Positions 9,284 through 17,195 are shown, counted from the first letter of the stretch. The stretch: 31,920 nucleotides of DNA from a virus (IMGVR_UViG_2534681762_000007), one strand, 5' to 3'. Notes: generated by a model not told the origin, from the letters alone. A program made the numbers and translations.

Positions 9284-9327
9284 ATAATAGCTATTGCTAT
9301 TGGTGATATCAATACTTATAGCTATTG
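9284..9327 (-). promoter_or_regulatory. PL-like sigma70 promoter with flanking operator palindromes (OL)
   Basis: On minus strand: -35 TTGATA (9312..9307), 17-bp spacer, -10 TATTAT (9289..9284); palindrome AATAGCTATT (9286..9295) overlaps the -10, ATAGCTAT (9318..9325) lies just upstream of the -35; 9-mer TTGCTATTG (9294..9302) recurs in OR. Confidence 0.5.
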
Positions 9328-9453
9328 ATTGATGTGTTTTGATATTAACTGTTTGATAGCAAAAAGAATTAATTTTGTGACTTGCATCGCATAGCGATAA
9401 CTGAAGGGAGGTTGTGGTGGTTTTTCGAACGGTTTGTGTGATGAGGGGAGGGG

Positions 9454-9483
9454 ACAAAAGAAAACCCGGCACGGTGGCCGGGT
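9454..9483 (-). terminator. Intrinsic terminator ending the repressor-side transcript (tImm-like)
   Basis: Stem CCCGGC / GCCGGG (9465..9470 and 9477..9482) with minus-strand T-tract TTTTCTTTT; begins 5 nt after the stop of the 313-aa ORF. Confidence 0.6.
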
Positions 9484-9487
9484 ATCT

Positions 9488-10429
9488 TTATTCGAATGGA
9501 AGATCTATTTGCCTTTGAGGATTCAACTGTTTTTTTACATGCTCAATTTCGAATATGGTTTTTATGGCATCTCCGATCATATATTGAGTTACTTTTAAAT
9601 CTACAAGTAACATATCACCTTTAGAAAAATTTAAGGTGTTGTTATCAATATCGCTGATGAATTTCTGGTCTTTTATTTCAGCCAAAAAGCTACTGGCACC
9701 ATCAGAAAACCGCCACCGGCTTCCTTCATTGAAGGAAATATTTTTAATTTGAAGGGCTTTCTCTACTGTGTACTCTGAAATTATTGATTCTGCTGGTAGA
9801 TTGACTTTGAAATAATGTGCTTCTTGCTTGTTGATCGTCATGAATGTCAAACCATCATCGACAGTAGAGGCAAAGCTGTCAATGCCTTCCTGCTCCAATG
9901 GCTTACTTATAACTTCTTGTAATGAAGAGCGAAGTTTAATATTTTTATAAAGTTCAATAACGTTACTGTCGTAGATCTCGCTTTCGTCATCAACAAAGAC
10001 TTCGATGTTGCTATCAGGCAAATTGTGTAATTTTTTTATTTTCCTTGGGCCTATCCATTTTATCAGTTGAATTAGGCCTTTGCATATTTTTTCTTTAGAA
10101 CCAGGACAGAGTCCAATAAAAGCAATCAAATTCGCAGCGGCTGTTGCTGAATCGCCGGATAAAAAATCAACAGCCTGTTTGAACCAAGATGTAGATGAGG
10201 CAACCAGATCTATTCCAAATGAGCCAGCTTTAAATGATGCATTGACTTTTACAGAAACAACAGTCTTGTTTCCGTAGAGAGTTTTACCGGCTTCCTCTAA
10301 TGCATCTGATAGTGATAGAAGGGCAGGAGCAAGGTCTCGCACGTTCATTTCATGCGTTTCCAGTGCCGGACCGTCGTATACTATCCTGAACTTCATATCA
10401 TTGGTTTCCGAATTGTTGCCCGCATCCAT
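9488..10429 (-). CDS. Orphan 313-aa protein of unknown function in the rexAB slot (between cI and PL)
   Basis: Long AT-rich ORF; ATG at 10429 preceded by AGGTGA with 8-nt spacer (the track ORF starts 12 nt upstream at a GTG); no motif assignable by eye; terminator immediately downstream. Confidence 0.75.
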   Translation of the reverse strand: MDAGNNSETNDMKFRIVYDGPALETHEMNVRDLAPALLSLSDALEEAGKTLYGNKTVVSVKVNASFKAGSFGIDLVASSTSWFKQAVDFLSGDSATAAANLIAFIGLCPGSKEKICKGLIQLIKWIGPRKIKKLHNLPDSNIEVFVDDESEIYDSNVIELYKNIKLRSSLQEVISKPLEQEGIDSFASTVDDGLTFMTINKQEAHYFKVNLPAESIISEYTVEKALQIKNISFNEGSRWRFSDGASSFLAEIKDQKFISDIDNNTLNFSKGDMLLVDLKVTQYMIGDAIKTIFEIEHVKKQLNPQRQIDLPFE

Positions 10430-10502
10430 TATGGCATTCACCTGATCACATATACAGTTAATTTACGATATTGTCTTAAATCTTAAAACTTCTATTGTAT
10501 GG

Positions 10503-11195
10503 CTACCCATGCTTCCTATACGTCTGCGGCATGCTCCCAATAACCTTACCGAAGATGAACACCCGGTTCATCTCGTCTTTCTCGATCGGGTCCCACGGCG
10601 AGTAGCTCTTGTTATCAGAGATAACCAGCAGCTTATCCTTCATCATTTGCAGACGCTTTACATGGGCTGTGTCGTCGTACAGAAACGCATAGATACCATC
10701 ACCGTCGAAAGATTTAACAGTGATATCAACGAACAGAAGATCACCTGGTTCGATCGTTCCTGACATGCTGTCACCACGTACGTTAATGATGCGGATATTT
10801 TCTGCCTTCCTGCCATCGAACATGTGACGAGCATCGTCAAACGAGTACTCAACCGAGCGTAGAACTTCTACAAACTCACGGTTGATGACTCCCGGCCCGG
10901 CACTCACTTCTATATCAAGAACGTCAATCTTGAAGTATTTGGGATGGTTGGCAGTAGGCTTCCCTAATTGTTGACCGTCATTTCTCATCGGGCCTATGCC
11001 TGATGAGAGCCACTCTGTTCGAACACCCAATGCATTAGCTATTTCAACAATTTTTGTTGAGCCGCGCGCGTTGCCGCTTGTCAGTCTCCAGATTGTGGGT
11101 TGAGCTACGCCAGACGCCTTTGCAAGAGCGCCTTGAGACATTCCAGATTGTTCCATCGCTAGGTTTAAGCGATCAGCAAGAGTTTCTTTTTTCAT
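10503..11195 (-). CDS. CI-type prophage repressor (N-terminal HTH, C-terminal LexA/S24 autopeptidase domain)
   Basis: HTH region LSQGALAKASGVAQPTIWRL; Ala-Gly cleavage site in VSAGPGV; GDSM serine motif and downstream KRL lysine; divergent from a cro-like gene. Start taken at ATG 11195 (MKKETL); in-frame TTG at 11231 is the alternative. Confidence 0.85.
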   Translation of the reverse strand: MKKETLADRLNLAMEQSGMSQGALAKASGVAQPTIWRLTSGNARGSTKIVEIANALGVRTEWLSSGIGPMRNDGQQLGKPTANHPKYFKIDVLDIEVSAGPGVINREFVEVLRSVEYSFDDARHMFDGRKAENIRIINVRGDSMSGTIEPGDLLFVDITVKSFDGDGIYAFLYDDTAHVKRLQMMKDKLLVISDNKSYSPWDPIEKDEMNRVFIFGKVIGSMPQTYRKHG

Positions 11196-11305
11196 AAGTT
11201 TTAATTTATACGCTTGCGTATTGATGGTCAAAACACGTTTTGCTATTGTTATGATTAATACGCATTGCTATTATTTATTCGTTGCAATACCAATAGGAAT
11301 TGATA
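11196..11305. promoter_or_regulatory. OR region between divergent repressor and cro-like genes (PR/PRM and operators)
   Basis: Plus strand -35 TTGATG (11221..11226), 17-bp spacer, -10 TATTGT (11244..11249) facing the cro-like gene; inverted repeat ATACGC-TT-GCGTAT (11208..11221); TTGCTATTG at 11240..11248 is identical to a 9-mer in the PL region. Confidence 0.55.
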
Positions 11306-11533
11306 ATGACAAATCAAACCATTCAACTCGCAATCAGTATTACAGGTAGTCAAAAACGACTGGCAGATCTATGCGGTGTAGCCCAACCCACTGTTTGGCG
11401 TTGGCTACACGGTGGCGGAATTGATGCCCGCTATGTAATGAAAATTGTCTCAGCCACTGGTGGAAAGATTAAACCAGCAGATATTCGTCCCGACCTCGCA
11501 CCATTGTTTAACGCGAGTAACTCTGCCGCCTAA
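11306..11533 (+). CDS. Cro-like HTH regulator (YdaS/Cro family)
   Basis: 75-aa ORF MTNQTIQLAISITGSQKRLADLCGVAQPTVWRWLHGG...; AGGA Shine-Dalgarno; divergent from the repressor gene. Confidence 0.75.
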   Translation: MTNQTIQLAISITGSQKRLADLCGVAQPTVWRWLHGGGIDARYVMKIVSATGGKIKPADIRPDLAPLFNASNSAA

Positions 11534-11557
11534 ACTGCGGCGTTAACTGATAAGGCA

Positions 11558-12103
11558 ATGACTATGCAACCACTTACATACCAACAGACTAGCGGATTTA
11601 GCCCGATTGCGGTGATAAATCGTTCTCAAACAAAACAAGCTCCAGGCCACGAAAAAATCCGTGATGCCGTCCGTGCCTGGTCGGCTGCAGATAATCAGGA
11701 TGTTGTTGCCGCACTCATTGTGAATGAGTATCGGGAGCAGGGCGGCGGCACCATCGATTTCCCTGATGATGTCAGCCGTGCACGCCAGAAGCTGTTCCGC
11801 TTCCTCGATAACAAATTCGATTCTGAAAAATACCGAAATAACGTGCGTGAACTGACCCCGGCAATTCTGGCGGTACTACCGCTGGAATATCGCGGCCACC
11901 TGGTTGAGCAGGATAGCTTCATGGCTCGGCTGGCTGAAATGGAAAAGGAACTCAGTGAGGCAAAACAGGCTGTCATTCTCAACGCACCACGCCACCAGAA
12001 ACTGAAGGAGATGAGTGAAGGCATTGTGTCGATGTTTCGTGTGGACCCGGATCTGGCTGGTCCACTGATGGCGATGGTTACCACCATGTTGGGGGCAATA
12101 TGA
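11558..12103 (+). CDS. YdaT-family protein in the CII position
   Basis: 181-aa ORF with NEYREQGGG and LTPAILAVLPLEYR motifs that I recall from Rac prophage YdaT; immediately follows the cro-like gene. Confidence 0.6.
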   Translation: MTMQPLTYQQTSGFSPIAVINRSQTKQAPGHEKIRDAVRAWSAADNQDVVAALIVNEYREQGGGTIDFPDDVSRARQKLFRFLDNKFDSEKYRNNVRELTPAILAVLPLEYRGHLVEQDSFMARLAEMEKELSEAKQAVILNAPRHQKLKEMSEGIVSMFRVDPDLAGPLMAMVTTMLGAI

Positions 12104-12189
12104 CAGGCTCAGAAATGGCGAAAGCCGGTCTGCGGGAACAGAGCCGACTTTCAGGTGCAAATCGTAACGCACTCATTGCGGGAGGAATT

Positions 12190-13119
12190 ATGGCAAACAC
12201 TGCTGAGATATTCAATTTTCCAGTGCCGGATGTGGCACAAAAGGAGCCGCGCGTGGCAGATCTCGATGATGGTTATACGCGCATTGCAAATGAGTTGCTG
12301 GAAGCTGTGATGCTGGCCGGATTAACACAGCACCAGCTTCTGGTCTTCCTGGCTGTCATGCGCAAAACATATGGCTTTAATAAAAAACTGGATTGGGTGA
12401 GCAACGAGCAACTTTCCGAGTTGACCGGGATATTGCCGCACAAGTGTTCTGCTGCAAAAAGTGTTCTGGTAAAGCGTGGGATTTTTATTCAGAGCGGGCG
12501 GAATATCGGCATTAATAATGTGATCAGTGAATGGTCAACATTACCCGAATCAGGTAAGAAAAATAAAGTTTACCTGAAAGAGGTAAATTTACCTGAATCA
12601 GGTAAGAAAAGTTTACCCAAATCAGGTAAAGGCGTTTACCCGAATCAGGTAAACACAAAAGACAAACTAACAAAAGACAATATAAAACCTTTTTCGTCCG
12701 AGAATTCTGGCGAATCCTCTGACCAACCAGAAAACGATCTTCCTGTGGTGAAACCAGATGCTGCAATTCAGAGCGGCAGCAAGTGGGGGACAGCAGAAGA
12801 CCTGACCGCCGCAGAGTGGATGTTTGACATGGTGAAGACCATCGCGCCATCAGCCAGAAAACCGAATTTTGCAGGGTGGGCTAACGATATCCGCCTGATG
12901 CGTGAACGTGACGGACGTAACCACCGCGACATGTGCGTGCTGTTCCGCTGGGCATGCCAGGACAACTTCTGGTCCGGTAACGTGCTAAGTCCGGCCAAAC
13001 TCCGCGACAAGTGGACCCAACTCGAAATCAACCGTAACAAGCAACAGGCTGGCGTGACAGCCGGCAAACCAAAATTCGACCTGACGAACACTGACTGGAT
13101 TTACGGGGTGGAGCTATGA
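12190..13119 (+). CDS. O: Replication initiator O, hybrid: non-lambda N-terminal/iteron-binding half, lambda-like C-terminal half
   Basis: MANTAEIFNFPVP...VADLDDGYTRIANELLEA resembles lambda O N-terminus but diverges; C-terminus ...KWGTAEDLTAAEWMFDMVKTIAPSARKPNFAGWANDIRLMRERDG... matches lambda O; strong GGAGG before ATG 12190. In-frame ATG at 12100 is the alternative start. Confidence 0.88.
   Translation: MANTAEIFNFPVPDVAQKEPRVADLDDGYTRIANELLEAVMLAGLTQHQLLVFLAVMRKTYGFNKKLDWVSNEQLSELTGILPHKCSAAKSVLVKRGIFIQSGRNIGINNVISEWSTLPESGKKNKVYLKEVNLPESGKKSLPKSGKGVYPNQVNTKDKLTKDNIKPFSSENSGESSDQPENDLPVVKPDAAIQSGSKWGTAEDLTAAEWMFDMVKTIAPSARKPNFAGWANDIRLMRERDGRNHRDMCVLFRWACQDNFWSGNVLSPAKLRDKWTQLEINRNKQQAGVTAGKPKFDLTNTDWIYGVEL
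12541..12652. repeat. ori: Replication origin iterons inside O: five copies of a 17-bp palindromic repeat TTACC(C/T)GAATCAGGTAA
   Basis: Repeats at 12541, 12570, 12589, 12613, 12636, followed by an A-rich tract (12653..12690), the classic lambdoid ori layout; repeat sequence differs from lambda ATCCCTCAAAACGAGGGA. Confidence 0.85.
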
Positions 13120-13817
13120 AAAACATCGCCGCACAGATGGTTAACTTTGACCGTGAGCAGATGCGCCGGATCGCCAACAACATGCCGGAACAGTACGACG
13201 AAAAGCCGCAGGTACAGCAGGTAGCGCAGATCATCAACGGTGTGTTCAGCCAGTTACTGGCAACTTTCCCGGCGAGTCTGGCTAACCGTGACCAGAACGA
13301 ACTGAACGAAATCCGCCGCCAGTGGGTTCTGGCTTTCCGGGAAAACGGGATCACCACAATGGAACAGGTTAACGCAGGAATGCGCGTAGCCCGTCGGCAG
13401 AATCGACCATTTCTGCCATCACCCGGGCAGTTTGTTGCATGGTGCCGGGAAGAAGCATCCGTTATCGCCGGACTGCCAAACGTCAGCGAGCTGGTTGATA
13501 TGGTTTACGAGTATTGCCGGAAGCGAGGCCTGTATCCGGATGCGGAGTCTTATCCGTGGAAATCAAACGCGCACTACTGGCTGGTTACCAACCTGTATCA
13601 GAACATGCGGGCCAATGCGTTGACTGACGCGGAATTACGGCGCAAGGCTGCCGATGAACTGTCCTGTATGACCGCACGAATTAACCGTGGTGAGGCTATA
13701 CCTGAACCAGTAAAACAACTTCCTGTCATGGGCGGTAGACCTCTAAATCGTGCACAGGCTCTGGCGAAGATCGCAGAAATCAAAGCTAAGTTTGGGCTGA
13801 AAGGAGCAAGGGTATGA
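13116..13817 (+). CDS. P: Lambda replication protein P (DnaB loader)
   Basis: 233-aa ORF MKNIAAQMVNFDREQMRRIANNMPEQYDEKPQVQQVAQIINGVFSQLLATF... matches lambda P. Confidence 0.97.
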   Translation: MKNIAAQMVNFDREQMRRIANNMPEQYDEKPQVQQVAQIINGVFSQLLATFPASLANRDQNELNEIRRQWVLAFRENGITTMEQVNAGMRVARRQNRPFLPSPGQFVAWCREEASVIAGLPNVSELVDMVYEYCRKRGLYPDAESYPWKSNAHYWLVTNLYQNMRANALTDAELRRKAADELSCMTARINRGEAIPEPVKQLPVMGGRPLNRAQALAKIAEIKAKFGLKGARV

Positions 13818-14116
13818 CGGGCAAAGAGGCAATTATTCATTACCTGGGGACTCATAAGAAATTCTGTGCGCAGGACGTTGCCGCGGTAACAGGCGCAACG
13901 GTAACCAGCATAAATCAGGCTGCGGCTAAAATGGCACGGGCAGGTCTTCTGGCTATCGAAGGTAAGGTCTGGCGAACGGTGTATTACCGGTTTGCTACCA
14001 GAGAAGAACGGGAAGGAAAGGTGAGCACGAATCTGATTTTTAAGGAGTGTCGCCAGAGTGCCGCGATGAAACGGGTATTGAGGGTATATAAAAGAACATC
14101 AATGGGTACACAATGA
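13814..14116 (+). CDS. ren: Ren (Rex-exclusion escape protein)
   Basis: 100-aa ORF MTGKEAIIHYLGTHKKFCAQDVAAVTGATVTSINQAAAKMARAGLLAIEGKVWRTVYYRFATREEREGK... matches lambda Ren with a divergent C-terminus. Confidence 0.85.
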   Translation: MTGKEAIIHYLGTHKKFCAQDVAAVTGATVTSINQAAAKMARAGLLAIEGKVWRTVYYRFATREEREGKVSTNLIFKECRQSAAMKRVLRVYKRTSMGTQ

Positions 14117-14183
14117 TGAAACAGGTGAGTTGAGTTCAAACTGTAGTACAATTCTCTCCAGTTTGAACAGGAAAGAATATTCT

Positions 14184-14516
14184 ATGAACCCTTATATTTA
14201 TCTTGGTGGTGCAATACTTGCAGAGGTCATTGGTACAACCTTAATGAAGTTTTCAGAAGGTTTTACACGGTTATGGCCATCTGTTGGTACAATTATTTGT
14301 TATTGTGCATCATTCTGGTTATTAGCTCAGACGCTGGCTTATATTCCTACAGGGATTGCTTATGCTATCTGGTCAGGAGTCGGTATTGTCCTGATTAGCT
14401 TACTGTCATGGGGACTTTTCGGCCAACGGCTGGACCTGCCAGCCATTATAGGCATGATGTTGATTTGTGCCGGTGTGTTGGTTATTAATTTATTGTCACG
14501 AAGCACACCACATTAA
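14184..14516 (+). CDS. emrE: Small multidrug resistance efflux transporter EmrE
   Basis: 110-aa product MNPYIYLGGAILAEVIGTTLMKFSEGFTRLWPSVGTIICYCASFWLLAQTLAYIPTGIAYAIWSGVGIVLISLLSWG... matches E. coli EmrE with 4 TM helices; the track ORF starts 54 nt upstream. Confidence 0.95.
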   Translation: MNPYIYLGGAILAEVIGTTLMKFSEGFTRLWPSVGTIICYCASFWLLAQTLAYIPTGIAYAIWSGVGIVLISLLSWGLFGQRLDLPAIIGMMLICAGVLVINLLSRSTPH

Positions 14517-14546
14517 AAATAATTTGTTTCTAAACGACTAAAATAT

Positions 14547-14585
14547 GGAGGCTCTTATATTTATATGAGCCTCGTTTTATGCTTT
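14547..14585 (+). terminator. Intrinsic terminator after emrE
   Basis: Stem GGAGGCTC / GAGCCTC (14547..14573) followed by GTTTTATGCTTTTTG. Confidence 0.7.
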
Positions 14586-14772
14586 TTGTTAATGTCTTTA
14601 TTTTTTTATGTATTCTTTTGTGCTTTCAAGATTATGGCGTAAGAAAATTGCAATACGATTATTGTTGTATATTCAAGATAATGTGACCTTAATTGTCTTT
14701 TTAAATAAAAATTAAACAAAAATTATATCCCACCACTAAGGTTTATAAAAGCATACGTTAGCAGGTGTCACC

Positions 14773-16299
14773 ATGAAAAAAGCCATAGCATATATGCGAT
14801 TTTCATCACCAGGTCAGATGTCTGGCGACTCATTAAACCGACAGAGAAGACTTATTGCTGAATGGTTAAAGGTAAATAGTGATTATTATCTTGATACCAT
14901 AACATATGAAGATTTAGGATTAAGTGCATTCAAAGGAAAGCATGCACAATCAGGAGCTTTTTCGGAATTTTTAGATGCTATAGAGCATGGTTATATATTG
15001 CCAGGAACTACATTGTTAGTTGAAAGTCTGGACAGACTTTCAAGAGAAAAAGTCGGTGAAGCGATTGAACGTCTGAAATTGATTTTGAATCACGGTATTG
15101 ATGTTATAACTCTTTGCGACAATACAGTCTATAATATTGACTCTTTGAATGAGCCATATTCATTAATAAAAGCCATACTTATAGCACAAAGGGCAAATGA
15201 AGAAAGCGAGATAAAGTCAAGTCGGGTTAAATTATCATGGAAGAAAAAACGGCAGGATGCACTGGAATCAGGTACGATTATGACGGCGTCTTGTCCGAGA
15301 TGGCTCTCCTTAGATGACAAAAGAACGGCTTTTGTTCCAGACCCCGACAGGGTGAAAACTATTGAGCTAATTTTTAAACTCAGGATGGAAAGGCGCTCAT
15401 TGAATGCAATAGCCAAGTATTTAAATGATCATGCTGTAAAGAATTTCTCAGGAAAAGAAAGTGCATGGGGACCTTCTGTAATTGAAAAATTATTAGCGAA
15501 TAAAGCTCTGATAGGTATATGCGTACCTTCATATCGTGCAAGAGGTAAAGGAATAAGTGAAATCGCTGGCTATTATCCCAGAGTCATATCAGATGATTTG
15601 TTTTACGCTGTACAGGAAATTCGGTTGGCACCTTTTGGTATTAGCAATAGTAGCAAAAATCCTATGTTGATAAATCTACTTCGAACAGTTATGAAGTGCG
15701 AGGCTTGTGGTAATACCATGATTGTTCATGCGGTATCTGGAAGTTTGCATGGCTATTATGTTTGTCCGATGAGAAGACTGCATCGATGTGACAGGCCATC
15801 AATAAAGAGAGATTTGGTTGATTATAATATCATTAATGAGTTGCTTTTTAATTGTAGTAAAATCCAACCAGTTGAAAACAAGAAAGATGCTAATGAAACT
15901 TTAGAGTTGAAAATTATTGAGCTCCAGATGAAAATTAATAATTTAATTGCTGCATTATCTGTTGCGCCTGAAGTTACCGCTATAGCAGAAAAAATCAGAG
16001 TATTAGATAAGGAATTACGAAGGGCTTCTGTATCATTAAAAACTTTGAAGAGTAAAGCGGTGAGTTCACTTGGTGATTTTCATGCTATTGACTTAACCAG
16101 TAAAAATGGGCGAGAGCTATGTCGTACACTTGCCTATAAAACATTCGAAAAAATCATAATCAATACAGATAATAAAACCTGTGATATCTATTTTATGAAT
16201 GGCATTGTTTTTAAACACTATCCTTTAATGAAAACAATATCCGCCCAGCAGGCGATAAGTACTCTCAAATATATGGTTGATGGTGAGGTTTATTTTTGA
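14773..16299 (+). CDS. ybcK: Large serine recombinase (YbcK-type, DLP12-like)
   Basis: 508-aa AT-rich ORF MKKAIAYMRFSSPGQMSGDSLNRQRRLIAEWL... with resolvase-type N-terminal catalytic Ser region and Cys-rich recombinase domain (CEACGNTM...CPMRRLHRC); matches my memory of K-12 YbcK. Confidence 0.9.
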   Translation: MKKAIAYMRFSSPGQMSGDSLNRQRRLIAEWLKVNSDYYLDTITYEDLGLSAFKGKHAQSGAFSEFLDAIEHGYILPGTTLLVESLDRLSREKVGEAIERLKLILNHGIDVITLCDNTVYNIDSLNEPYSLIKAILIAQRANEESEIKSSRVKLSWKKKRQDALESGTIMTASCPRWLSLDDKRTAFVPDPDRVKTIELIFKLRMERRSLNAIAKYLNDHAVKNFSGKESAWGPSVIEKLLANKALIGICVPSYRARGKGISEIAGYYPRVISDDLFYAVQEIRLAPFGISNSSKNPMLINLLRTVMKCEACGNTMIVHAVSGSLHGYYVCPMRRLHRCDRPSIKRDLVDYNIINELLFNCSKIQPVENKKDANETLELKIIELQMKINNLIAALSVAPEVTAIAEKIRVLDKELRRASVSLKTLKSKAVSSLGDFHAIDLTSKNGRELCRTLAYKTFEKIIINTDNKTCDIYFMNGIVFKHYPLMKTISAQQAISTLKYMVDGEVYF

Positions 16300-16410
16300 G
16301 TAATAATCACTTTTTCAACCGTGCTATAGTAAGAAAGTTAGGTAAGTACAATAAAATTATCTATCCTGAACGAAGCGTCCTGAGCTATGGTTTTACTATA
16401 GAGACTGCCA

Positions 16411-16734
16411 ATGGATGCTGGCGTTCTCGTTCTAGCAGTTCAACAATACCCAATCACAAAACAATTCACTGATAACGAACTTTGCACACTCGCCTGGTTA
16501 TGGCGAGCAGGGAATGTGATGTTAATTACCTACCAGAACGTTACTCCTCTTCTTCAGGTTGCGGAGCATCGTGAAGCTGGTCGCTTCACTTCTATCGAGC
16601 AAGAATATCCCCAGATACTCAATAAGGCACAGGCAATCCTTGCCAGAGAAACGGCACATGTAAAATTCCGGCCGTGGCAGGATGATAAGTGGAGTCGAGT
16701 TTTGCCGCATTTACGTTCGGATCGATTACAGTAG
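16411..16734 (+). CDS. Hypothetical 107-aa ORF (uncertain coding status)
   Basis: Open frame MDAGVLVLAVQQYPITKQFTDNELCTLAWLWRAGNVMLITY... with no recognisable RBS or homolog; the only ORF between ybcK and the ORF-free stretch. Confidence 0.35.
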   Translation: MDAGVLVLAVQQYPITKQFTDNELCTLAWLWRAGNVMLITYQNVTPLLQVAEHREAGRFTSIEQEYPQILNKAQAILARETAHVKFRPWQDDKWSRVLPHLRSDRLQ

Positions 16735-17195
16735 ATTCCAATTAACAATGAGAAACACATAGCCACCCCGTGGTATTGAAACCATATAATGTTGGATTTG
16801 AAAACAGATCTTTTTCCATGTATTAATAACTACATCCCCGCGAGTGATTCAAAAAGGAGGGCCCAATTTTGTCCGAGTTTTTGTATTCCCCCGCATGCCG
16901 CTGCGGAGCACTACATCTGAGTGTCTGACTAGGGGATAAAATTAGACTGGATAGTGAGAAGAAAGTGGCGTGCTAGGCTGTGCCGAGTGCTACCAGTACA
17001 CCCTGGGGGTGTGCAGCTTTCGCCGAGACTGTAGTGGGTATCGGTTAATGCACGAAAAACCGAGAGGTCAGACAACCAATTTGCCGTAGGATTGTTTCCG
17101 GTGCGATACCGGTGTACTAACTGAAAGCAATGCGAAAAAGCATAAACTCGGTCCTTCAGTCGCCCTACACACTATTTACTAAGAAGGGCTAAAGC

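Noticed and set aside
8803-9454. Searched for an N antiterminator and nutL (boxA CGCTCTTA plus boxB hairpin) downstream of the PL-like promoter
   Set aside because: No Arg-rich N-like ORF and no convincing boxA/boxB; the Arg-rich N-terminus of the 136-aa track ORF depends on a TTG start with no ribosome-binding site, so I annotate the 96-aa version and do not call N.
9161-9472. Track ORF of 103 aa on the minus strand
   Set aside because: It starts inside the terminator hairpin and runs through the promoter/operator repeats; low-complexity translation; treated as non-coding regulatory DNA.
12541-12652. Short tandem palindromic repeats that could be mistaken for a CRISPR array
   Set aside because: Only five 17-bp units with 2..12-bp spacers, all inside the O reading frame and followed by an A-rich tract; this is the ori iteron layout, and no cas genes are present.
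16735-17195. Checked the ORF-free stretch for tRNA, REP/ERIC-type repeats, retron msr/msd and hammerhead-like motifs
   Set aside because: No T-loop GTTCGAATC-type sequence, no match to REP/ERIC as I recall them, no adjacent reverse transcriptase, no CUGAUGA core; left as an unexplained candidate RNA rather than assigned to a family.
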